Of a stretch of 28,308 bases of DNA, positions 7,590-15,281 are shown one piece after another. This DNA comes from Thermoguttaceae bacterium (lineage in GTDB: Bacteria; Planctomycetota; Planctomycetia; Pirellulales; Thermoguttaceae). The DNA lies in the NCBI GenBank assembly GCA_050012815.1, contig JBEKGL010000001.1, positions 1 to 28,308 on the forward strand, in the 5' to 3' direction. Within the stretch, counting starts at the first letter, position 1. Each line of letters opens with the position of its first letter. Made by a program: the position numbers and the translations under genes. The notes below the pieces were generated by a model. That model was not told where the DNA came from. It did not search any database and saw only the letters and a program-made list of their open reading frames with translations.

Positions 7590-9214
7590 AGATTTTTTCC
7601 AATAACTTGGTCAGATTTTTAAGCAAAACGAATTGGAGAATAAACATGAAGATTCCAGGTCTATGGTTACAGCCGGTTTTTTGGATAGTTGTCGGCCTGC
7701 TGTCGGCGGCAAACATATCGGCGGTCGCGGCGGAGGATAAAATACCCCGGCCGCGGATGCTTGTAGATTTCGAGGATTCGCAAGCCGTCAAACTTATTCC
7801 CAACGAAGCCGAGGCCCGCAGCGTGCCGGTTGGCGGCGGTCATGCCCTGGAGATTACAACCCAGGCCGCGGCATCCTGGCCCGGGGTGCTCATCGAGCCG
7901 AGCAAGGGAAAATGGGATGTAAGCCGGTTCGACGCCGTGGAAATGGACGTCGACAATCCGCAGGACGCACCGGTGCGAGTGCTTTTAAGCATCAACAATC
8001 CCGGCGCGGAAGGACAGAATAACAACAACACCGAATCCGTCACCGTTCCGCCCCGTGCCAAGGCCGTCTTGACTGTTCCCTTTGGCATGTGGCACGGCAA
8101 TCCCGGACATCAGTTGGACCTGAAAAACATCGTCTCGGTCAAAGTATTACTTGATAAACCGGGCCGTTCGCATCGTTTCCTGGTCGACAACATCCGGGCC
8201 GTGAGTTTTGCCGACCGTAGTAAGATGCAAAAAATCTTCGCCGATCCATTTTTCCAGCAGTTAAAGCCCGCGTTCGGGCGCGGCGTGAACCTGGGCAACG
8301 CCTTGGAATCGCCCAAGGAGGGCGATTGGGGCGTCGTGCTCAAAGCGGAATACTTCCAACTGATTGCGGCGGCCGGGTTCGATTCGGTCCGCATACCGGT
8401 GCGCTGGTCGGCCCATGCCGGAGATTCGCCGCCTTATAAAATCGACCCGAAATTCTTCGAGCGCGTGGATTGGGCAATCGATCGGGCATTAAAAAACCAT
8501 CTGATCCCCGTGCTGAACATACACCACTACGAGGAAATCTTTAATGAACCTGATAAGCACGGCGAGCGATTCATCGCACTTTGGCGGCAGATCGCCGAGC
8601 ATTACAAGGACTACCCGGCCGACCTGGCCCTGGAATTGCTCAACGAGCCGCACGCGAATCTCACGGCGGATAAGTGGAACCGGCTTTTAAGCGAGGCCAT
8701 CCGCGTAATCCGGCCGAGCAATCCCCAGCGGGAAATCGTGGTTGGTCCGGTGGGCTGGAACGCCATCGGGGACCTGCCGACGCTGGTGCTGCCCGAGGAC
8801 GACCGTCACTTGATCGTTACGGTCCACTACTACAGCCCGTTCCATTTCACGCATCAGGGCGCGTCATGGGCCGGTGCGGAGGCCCAAGAATGGCTGGGCA
8901 CGAAATGGACGGGCACGAAGACCGAACGGCAGGCCGTCATTTTGGATTTAGACAAGGCGATCACCTGGGCGGTCGAACATCGCCGGCCGCTGTACCTTGG
9001 CGAGTTCGGCGCATACAACAAGGCCGAGATGGAATCGCGGGCCCGCTGGACCCAGTTCGTAGCCGAAGAGGCCCTGAAACGCAAGATGGGCTTTGCCTAT
9101 TGGGAGTTCTGCTCCAGTTTCGGCGTATTCGACCCGCAAAAAAACCAATGGATCGAGCCGCTGAAAAAGGCGTTGCTGGAGGCCGGGCAGACCGAGAAGT
9201 CGGCCGACAAATGA
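7586..9214 (+). CDS. GH5 endoglucanase-like glycoside hydrolase with an N-terminal beta-sandwich CBM-like domain
   Basis: RGVNLGNALE, GFDSVRIPVRW, NIHHYEE, LLNEP (acid/base), HYYSPFHFTHQGA, LGEFG (nucleophile), YWEF. ATGA overlap with the upstream stop and AAGGAG RBS. Alternative start 7646 also has GGAG. Confidence 0.92.
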   Translation: MKIFSNNLVRFLSKTNWRINMKIPGLWLQPVFWIVVGLLSAANISAVAAEDKIPRPRMLVDFEDSQAVKLIPNEAEARSVPVGGGHALEITTQAAASWPGVLIEPSKGKWDVSRFDAVEMDVDNPQDAPVRVLLSINNPGAEGQNNNNTESVTVPPRAKAVLTVPFGMWHGNPGHQLDLKNIVSVKVLLDKPGRSHRFLVDNIRAVSFADRSKMQKIFADPFFQQLKPAFGRGVNLGNALESPKEGDWGVVLKAEYFQLIAAAGFDSVRIPVRWSAHAGDSPPYKIDPKFFERVDWAIDRALKNHLIPVLNIHHYEEIFNEPDKHGERFIALWRQIAEHYKDYPADLALELLNEPHANLTADKWNRLLSEAIRVIRPSNPQREIVVGPVGWNAIGDLPTLVLPEDDRHLIVTVHYYSPFHFTHQGASWAGAEAQEWLGTKWTGTKTERQAVILDLDKAITWAVEHRRPLYLGEFGAYNKAEMESRARWTQFVAEEALKRKMGFAYWEFCSSFGVFDPQKNQWIEPLKKALLEAGQTEKSADK

Positions 9215-9244
9215 TACTATTGACCTTTGCCTGGGCAATGATCC

Positions 9245-9292
9245 GTGGGGCAGATTGGCAATCTGCCCTAACAGCAGGTTTGGCAACTTGCT
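9245..9292. repeat. REP-like doublet
   Basis: GGGCAGATT-ggc-AATCTGCCC (9248-9268) followed by the degenerate partner GCAGGTTTGGCAACTTGC. Confidence 0.65.
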
Positions 9293-9376
9293 CCATATAT
9301 GAAGCGGCGCCGCCTGGCTAGAATCACGGAAGTGGAAATCACGATTCAGGATAAGTTAGCCATCAATCAGTTGAAA

Positions 9377-9850
9377 ATGAGAATCAGAAAAGCCTGTTCT
9401 GATGATGCTGCCGCAGCGTGGGAAATACGCAACGCCGCGATTCTGAGCCAGTGCAAAGGGCACTACCCGCCAGAATCGCTTGCGATCTGGACCAACGGTG
9501 CGATCACCGAGCGATTCATTCAATTTGTCGTGGAACAGATCTACGTTGCCACCGTCAACGATGCGGTCGTTGGAACAGGAATGATCGATCGCAACACCGG
9601 GCGATTGGACGCAATATTTGTACGCCCCGACATGATGAGACACGGCATCGGCAAGCAAATGGTGTCGTTTCTGGAAGATATTGGCCGCGCCGCAGGCTTG
9701 ACAAAGTTGACGCTGGATTCGACTCTAAACGCAGCCGAGTTTTATCGGAGTTGTGGTTTCGTTGGTGAAGTAATAGGGATATACCAATCACCTCGCGGCA
9801 TCACCCTTGATTGCATTCCAATGACAAAAGTGCTTCGATCGCCACCATAG
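9377..9850 (+). CDS. GNAT family N-acetyltransferase
   Basis: MRIRKA start; LDAIFVRPDMMRHGIGKQM acetyl-CoA motif A; STLNAAEFYRSCGF motif B. The upstream extension to ATG 9299 looks non-homologous. Confidence 0.88.
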   Translation: MRIRKACSDDAAAAWEIRNAAILSQCKGHYPPESLAIWTNGAITERFIQFVVEQIYVATVNDAVVGTGMIDRNTGRLDAIFVRPDMMRHGIGKQMVSFLEDIGRAAGLTKLTLDSTLNAAEFYRSCGFVGEVIGIYQSPRGITLDCIPMTKVLRSPP

Positions 9851-9932
9851 GCGATGGCGATTCTTTGACGGTTACCCATATATGGCGTTAGAAAAATGAA
9901 TCCCAATAGCCGCGAGCCGCGGGCTCATCCAA

Positions 9933-10775
9933 TCACCCGCCGCAAACTTTACACGGCGTGCCCTCGCCGGGTCCGCAGGCTCGGCCCTTGGTTTTTTGAT
10001 AATTCCGGCATTTGCTGTTGTGGCGGACGTTGCTGGAAGCGGTAAGCCAGTAATTTTGCGTTTGATCGGCCGGCGATTTTGTCGTTTTAGGCGTGTTTGG
10101 ATTGTTCGCCTTTGCGTCGAACGGATCTTCCGAATTGTCGGCGTTTGTTTGTTGACGCCACTGCCAAGGCGGAATCGGGTTCTCATCGGCCCACAATCCG
10201 ATTTTCGCCTTTCTGGCTTCATCTTCGGCATTGGCCAATGTTTTAGAAGCCGAATACTCTTTGTAATGCCAGGCAAAACCTTCTTTTACCAGTTCTAGAT
10301 TTATATTTTTTCCATCAAGATTGACGATACCCAGCGTATTCCCATATATGTCTTTCCCGTAGGTTGTAACTTGGACCGTCTTCTCAAAAACCTTATCCGA
10401 GAGCGCCTTGGTTGCTTGTTTGCCGAAAGGCTGCTCGACCTCAGGCGCGTCGATTCCCAGCAAGCGAATCTTATATTGCTTTTTATCGACCTGTAATGTC
10501 AAGGTGTCGCCGTCGGTTATGTATACAACCTTGCCCTTGAGTATCTCACCTTTCGCGGTTTCGGGAGCGGCCTTTTTTTCCGCGCTTGATGAATGGGGAT
10601 TTTTTGGCGTGGAGACTTTTAAACTATCCGTGGTTTTTTTGGAAGCATCGGCCGATGGTTTATTTTCCTGGGTAGGAGTAGTTGAACCGTTTTTTCCCTG
10701 GGCAAGGGCGATGCCCGGCATGTTAGCGGCAACAAGTAAGATAAGCAGCCAATAGAGAATGAATTTTGTACTCAT
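9933..10775 (-). CDS. Secreted thermonuclease (SNase-like) family protein with a C-terminal Cys/His motif
   Basis: Signal peptide; VVYITDGDTL, IRLLGIDAPE, QPFGKQA, DIYGNTL, NLELVKEGFAW, ARKAKIGLW. Tail is RHNSKC..C..CKVC. GAGGA RBS before ATG 10775. Confidence 0.9.
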   Translation of the reverse strand: MSTKFILYWLLILLVAANMPGIALAQGKNGSTTPTQENKPSADASKKTTDSLKVSTPKNPHSSSAEKKAAPETAKGEILKGKVVYITDGDTLTLQVDKKQYKIRLLGIDAPEVEQPFGKQATKALSDKVFEKTVQVTTYGKDIYGNTLGIVNLDGKNINLELVKEGFAWHYKEYSASKTLANAEDEARKAKIGLWADENPIPPWQWRQQTNADNSEDPFDAKANNPNTPKTTKSPADQTQNYWLTASSNVRHNSKCRNYQKTKGRACGPGEGTPCKVCGG

Positions 10776-10878
10776 GGCTCTTCCTCGTTTGAGATTGTCC
10801 ATGGTCTATCGCCTACAGCCTAGCGCGGCCTATGGCTGCAACTAAAAATTCATAGTAGACGGTAAGTAGTTGGTGGTT

Positions 10879-10906
10879 ATCAGTCTTCAGTAATCAGTTT
10901 TCAGTT
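10879..10906. repeat. Heptamer-period tandem repeat
   Basis: ATCAGTC-TTCAGTA-ATCAGTT-TTCAGTT. Confidence 0.6.
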
Positions 10907-11030
10907 AAAAGTACGAGACACGGAGTTAAGTGACTAATTGCGTAAGTTGTTGTGATTGTTCAATTTGCAATTTGGCAATTACGTTATTATTTAGCGGATT
11001 GCAGTATAACACAAATAATTGAAACAAAAT

Positions 11031-11158
11031 CCATTTTCATCACGAAAGTGCGAAAGAACGAAAACACGAAATGTAAACCTTCAATTCTTTTTCGTGTTTT
11101 CGTTTTTTCGAGTTTTCGTGATAAATAATAGTTGTACCATGAAGTTCGCTGCAAATGG
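11031..11158. repeat. Hairpin repeat, copy 1 of 3 (downstream of PEP-CTERM gene A)
   Basis: TTCATCACGAAAG..GAAA.AACGAAAACACGAAA..ACCTTCAATTC..TTTCGTG.TTTCG..TTTCGAGTTTTCGTG, plus GCTGCAAA. Aligns with 15071 and 17454. Confidence 0.85.
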
Positions 11159-11238
11159 CTAAAGTAATACGCAATTACCAATTTGCAATAAAACATGCGC
11201 GCAAAAAATGCTCAAACCGCAAACAAAGACTCTATCCC

Positions 11239-14200
11239 CTATCGCCCATTCCTCCTCATCCGCTTTCCGACACAAATCGCCAGGCAGGCGGTTGCCAATA
11301 ACACCCAAGCGCCCGGCTCGGGCACGGGAGTAATCGTGCCGCCAAGCGGCCCGCCGGCAATCGCCTGGATGGTGACTGTAGCTCCGCTGCCGATGGTTAG
11401 CGTGCCTTGGCGGATGGACGCGGCGGTGAGGCTTACCCCGGAATCGACTTGCGTGATTCCGCTGCCGGAGATATCGCCGACCATGTGCGTGTGATCGGCC
11501 ACCTCGAACGTGGCCGCCGCGGCAGTGTAGATATCCAAATCGTTTTTACTAACATTCACGGTCTTTAAAATGGCGGTGCCCGACTCGACATCAATAAGTG
11601 TCGTGCCTCCAGCGCCGATTCCGCCGGCAAATATTAGCGTGCCGCCGTTGACGGTGGTGTTGCCGCCATAATTTGCCGTGTTACTGAGTGTCAGCGTGCC
11701 GGAACCCAGTTTATTCAGCCCGCCGTCGCCGGACAGCACGCTGGAAAGCGCGACTGCGTAGCTGTTTGTGTTGACATTGGCGTTGCCGTTTGTGCCGGTC
11801 AGCGTCAAGGGCAGTGTAGAAGTGAATGCGCCGCTGGCCTGGAGTGTTCCGCCGCCGAAATTAAATGCGGCAGTGCCGGAACCGCCTTTGCTGAGAGATT
11901 TTAGGATTAGTGTTCCGCCGTTTAGATTATACGTGCCGCTGGAGCCGGAATTGTAGCCAAGATAGAGATTATAAGTTATTGAATTTGTTCCGCCGGTTTG
12001 CGTATATGTTCCAATTCCAGAATAGCCGACATACTCGTAGGAGGATACGGAATTGCTTCCCCCGTCTTGCGTGAAAGTTCCCGTGCCTGAGTAGCCAATA
12101 TACTCGGAGTAGGCAGACATCTTTCCCGGGCTGCTCAGATTATATGTGCCGCTGGCGCCGGGATTGTAGCCAAGATAGAGATAACCGGAAATTGTTCCGC
12201 CGGTCTGCGTGAACGTGCCCACACCTGAATAGCCAACATACGCCGAGTAAGCGGATAATTGTCCGCTGCCACTAAGATTATATATGCCGCTGGCACCGGA
12301 ATTGTAGCCAAGATAGAGATAGCCGGAATTGGTTCCGCCGGTCTGCGTGTATGTTCCTGTTCCGGAATAGCCGACATACTTGTTGTATGTGGAATTGCTT
12401 CCGCCTGTTTGCATGAAAGTTCCAGTGCCTGAGTAACCAACATAAATGTTCTGTGTGGACAAATTTCCCGTGCCGCTCAGGTTATAAGTGCCGCTGGCGC
12501 CGGGATTGTAGCCAAGATAGATAGAGGCGTATGTATAGTATGAGGAATTGGTTCCGCCGGATTGCGTGAATGTTCCCGTGCCGGTGGAACCGACATATTG
12601 ATAATAAGAACTTAATGATCCGCCATCCATCCCGGAAATCGCATCATTCACATATAGTGTTCCGGATCCCAGGTTCACGCTGCCCGTGCCCGAAATGGTT
12701 AATCCGCCATTAAGATTGATAAAATAAGTGGAATACGAGCCAAGTGTTCCCTGGCAAACGACGTGATCGTTAATCGAACCGATGCCATAGATGCTATAAG
12801 CCGTTGAAATATTAAGAGTTGAACCGGATTGGTGCACTAGCCCCGTGTTGGCGTAGCTTTTGAAGTAAGTCGCCGGATCAAAGCCCGCGGGCACGATCAA
12901 CAAGGAATGGGCGTCGAGATTCCAGGAAACATTTCCGGCATTGGTTAGTGTGGCGTTGGACAAGTCAACGATCGAGGAGGAGGCGTTGATTACGGCCGAA
13001 CTATTCGATAAATCCCAAACGCCTTGATTCTCGATGCCGCCGTTTATGATCAACGTACCGGCTGTAAACGTATATGTGCCGCTGGCGTAGATTTTAATGT
13101 ATTTTGTAGTGTTCGTCCCGCCGGTCTGCGAGAATGTTCCCGTGCCGATGGAACCGATATATTGATAATAAGAACTTAACGATCCGCTATCCATCCCGGA
13201 AGGCGCGTCATTTATATAAAGACTGCTCCAATTTCCAAGATTCACGCTACCGGTACCCGAAATGGTTAATCCGCCATTAATATTGATAGAATAATAGGTA
13301 GTCGCGGCGAGTGTTCCCTGACAAGCGACATGACCGTTAATCGAACCAATGCCATAAATGCTATAAGCCGATGAAATATTTAAAGTTGAACCGGACTGGT
13401 GCATTAGCCCCGTGTTGGCGTAGCTTTTGAAGTAAGACGCCGAATCCAAGCCCATGGGCACGATCAACAACGAATGGGAGTCGAGATTCAAGGCAACATT
13501 TCCGGCATTGGTTAGTGTGGCGTTGGACAGGTCGACAAACGAGGAATATGCCTTGATTGCGGCCGTACTATTCGTTAGATTCCAAACTCCTTGATTAACA
13601 ATGCCGCCGTTTAAGGTCAAGGTGCCGGCTGAAAGCGTATATGTGCTAGTGGCGTTGATATTGATGTATGTTGCGTTGTTCGTTCCGCCGGTCTGCGTGA
13701 ACGTTCCGATGCCGAGTTGGCCAATATACTCGCTGCCGGCGGACAAATATCCAGTGCCGCTTAAATTGTAAATGCCGACGGAGGGAGTTGAGTTGCTTAT
13801 TCCGTTGGCAAGTCCGAGCGATGATGTTGAATTCGTTCCGCCGGTCTGCGTGAAGGTTCCCGTGCCGGAGAGGCCAATAGATTCGGAGTAAGCGTACAAA
13901 TATCCTGTGCCGCTCAAATTGTAAAAGCCGCTGTAGCCGGACATGTTGGCCAGGCAGAGACCCGACGAGATTGAATTCGTTCCGCCGGTCTGCGTGTAGG
14001 TTCCCGTGCCGAATAAATAGCCGACATATTCGTTTGATGCTGAATGCATTCCCCCGTCTTGCTTGAAAGATCCGGTGCCTGAGTAGCCAATATACTCGTT
14101 GCTGGCGGACAAATATCCCGTGCCGCTCAGATTATACATGCCGCTGGAGCCGGAATTGTAGCCAAGATAAAGAGTGGATGAGATTGTATTCGTTCCGCCG

Positions 14201-14988
14201 CTCAGATTATACGTGCCACTGGAGCCGGAATTGTAGCCCAGATAGAGATCCGAAGTGATTGAATTTGTTCCGCCGGTCTGCGTATATGTTCCAGTGCCGG
14301 AATAGCCGACATACTCGTATGATGCGGAATTGTTTCCCCCGTCTTGCGTGAAAGTTACCGTGCCTGAGTTACCAATATACTCGTTGCCGGCGGACAACTG
14401 TCCCGCGCCGCTCAGTTTATACGTGCCGCTGGAGCTGTAATAGTAGCCAAGATAGAGCGCAGTGACAGTATTAGTTCCGCCGGTCTGCGTGAAGGTTCCA
14501 CTGCTTGAGTAACCAATGTACTCACTGGGGGCGATTAATTGTCCCGTACTGTTCAGATTATACGTACCGCTGACGCCGGAATTGTAGCCAAGATAGAAAT
14601 ACGATGAGATTGAATTCGTTCCGCCGCTCTGTGTAAATGTTCCAGTGCCGGAATAGCCGACATACTCATCCTGGTCCGACAAACCACCGGCGGTCATGTT
14701 AACTGTTCCAGAGGATGCGCCGCCGAGATAAAGGTTCATGCAGGTTTCGCCTGATAGGGTAATGTTTGCCGTTCCGCCGTTGACGATATAGGCGTCGTCG
14801 GACATGGTAGGCACGGTTCCGCCCCAATAGGCGCTTGTTGACCAATCTCCGGCGGTATGTGGTTTCACCCAATATAATTCGTCAGCGAATGCCAGTGACG
14901 AACTTACAAGCAGGACCGCTGCCGTTAACAAGCCGCGCAATACAAGACTGCGATAGATAAATTTCTCCGGAAGTTGTTTACCCGACAT
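11239..14988 (-). CDS. PEP-CTERM surface protein A (1249 aa): G/T/S/Y-rich beta-solenoid repeats plus an autotransporter-associated beta-strand repeat
   Basis: Signal peptide; many EYIGYSGTGTFTQTGGTN / LYLGYNSGSSGTYNLSG repeats; GGLNKLGSGTLTLS..ANYGGNTTVNGGTL; C-terminal VPEPGAWVLLATACLAICVGKRMRRNGR. AAGGAG RBS. Confidence 0.92.
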   Translation of the reverse strand: MSGKQLPEKFIYRSLVLRGLLTAAVLLVSSSLAFADELYWVKPHTAGDWSTSAYWGGTVPTMSDDAYIVNGGTANITLSGETCMNLYLGGASSGTVNMTAGGLSDQDEYVGYSGTGTFTQSGGTNSISSYFYLGYNSGVSGTYNLNSTGQLIAPSEYIGYSSSGTFTQTGGTNTVTALYLGYYYSSSGTYKLSGAGQLSAGNEYIGNSGTVTFTQDGGNNSASYEYVGYSGTGTYTQTGGTNSITSDLYLGYNSGSSGTYNLSGGTNTISSTLYLGYNSGSSGMYNLSGTGYLSASNEYIGYSGTGSFKQDGGMHSASNEYVGYLFGTGTYTQTGGTNSISSGLCLANMSGYSGFYNLSGTGYLYAYSESIGLSGTGTFTQTGGTNSTSSLGLANGISNSTPSVGIYNLSGTGYLSAGSEYIGQLGIGTFTQTGGTNNATYININATSTYTLSAGTLTLNGGIVNQGVWNLTNSTAAIKAYSSFVDLSNATLTNAGNVALNLDSHSLLIVPMGLDSASYFKSYANTGLMHQSGSTLNISSAYSIYGIGSINGHVACQGTLAATTYYSININGGLTISGTGSVNLGNWSSLYINDAPSGMDSGSLSSYYQYIGSIGTGTFSQTGGTNTTKYIKIYASGTYTFTAGTLIINGGIENQGVWDLSNSSAVINASSSIVDLSNATLTNAGNVSWNLDAHSLLIVPAGFDPATYFKSYANTGLVHQSGSTLNISTAYSIYGIGSINDHVVCQGTLGSYSTYFINLNGGLTISGTGSVNLGSGTLYVNDAISGMDGGSLSSYYQYVGSTGTGTFTQSGGTNSSYYTYASIYLGYNPGASGTYNLSGTGNLSTQNIYVGYSGTGTFMQTGGSNSTYNKYVGYSGTGTYTQTGGTNSGYLYLGYNSGASGIYNLSGSGQLSAYSAYVGYSGVGTFTQTGGTISGYLYLGYNPGASGTYNLSSPGKMSAYSEYIGYSGTGTFTQDGGSNSVSSYEYVGYSGIGTYTQTGGTNSITYNLYLGYNSGSSGTYNLNGGTLILKSLSKGGSGTAAFNFGGGTLQASGAFTSTLPLTLTGTNGNANVNTNSYAVALSSVLSGDGGLNKLGSGTLTLSNTANYGGNTTVNGGTLIFAGGIGAGGTTLIDVESGTAILKTVNVSKNDLDIYTAAAATFEVADHTHMVGDISGSGITQVDSGVSLTAASIRQGTLTIGSGATVTIQAIAGGPLGGTITPVPEPGAWVLLATACLAICVGKRMRRNGR
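12555..13683 (-). repeat. Internal tandem duplication (about 2 x 565 bp) within PEP-CTERM gene A
   Basis: NGGIVNQGVWNL...VDLSNATLTNAGNV...YFKSYANTGL.HQSGSTLNIS.AYSIYGIGSIN...GGLTISGTGSVNLG occurs twice (about 13118-13683 and 12555-13117). Confidence 0.88.
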
Positions 14989-15070
14989 GACAAAGCTCCT
15001 TAAAAGAGTTGCGTTAGCATTCTATGGAAAGTAAAAGATGTTTACATCGACATAAAACTCGAAACATCAA

Positions 15071-15246
15071 CCATTTTCATCACGAAAGCAGGAAACAACG
15101 AAAACACGAAATCAAGACCTTCAATTCTTTTTCGAGATTTCGCTCTTTCGAGTTTTCGTGATAAATTCTCATTCCGCGTTTTGCTGCAAACGATGAAACC
15201 GCTACCGACTATTATTCTCTTTCCGGGACGGTACGCCCCGGCTCTG
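15071..15246. repeat. Hairpin repeat, copy 2 of 3 (between genes B and A, in the 5' leader of A)
   Basis: Same element as 11031. Homology to copy 3 extends across the whole leader up to the start codon. Confidence 0.88.
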
Positions 15247-15281
15247 TTTGGCAAAATACCCCGGCTCTGAATTCCCGGCCA

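Noticed and set aside
15042-15254. Small ORFs over the hairpin repeats (also 10987-11196, 17332-17646, 17426-17614)
   Set aside because: These are translations of the repeated non-coding element; their similarity reflects the DNA repeat.
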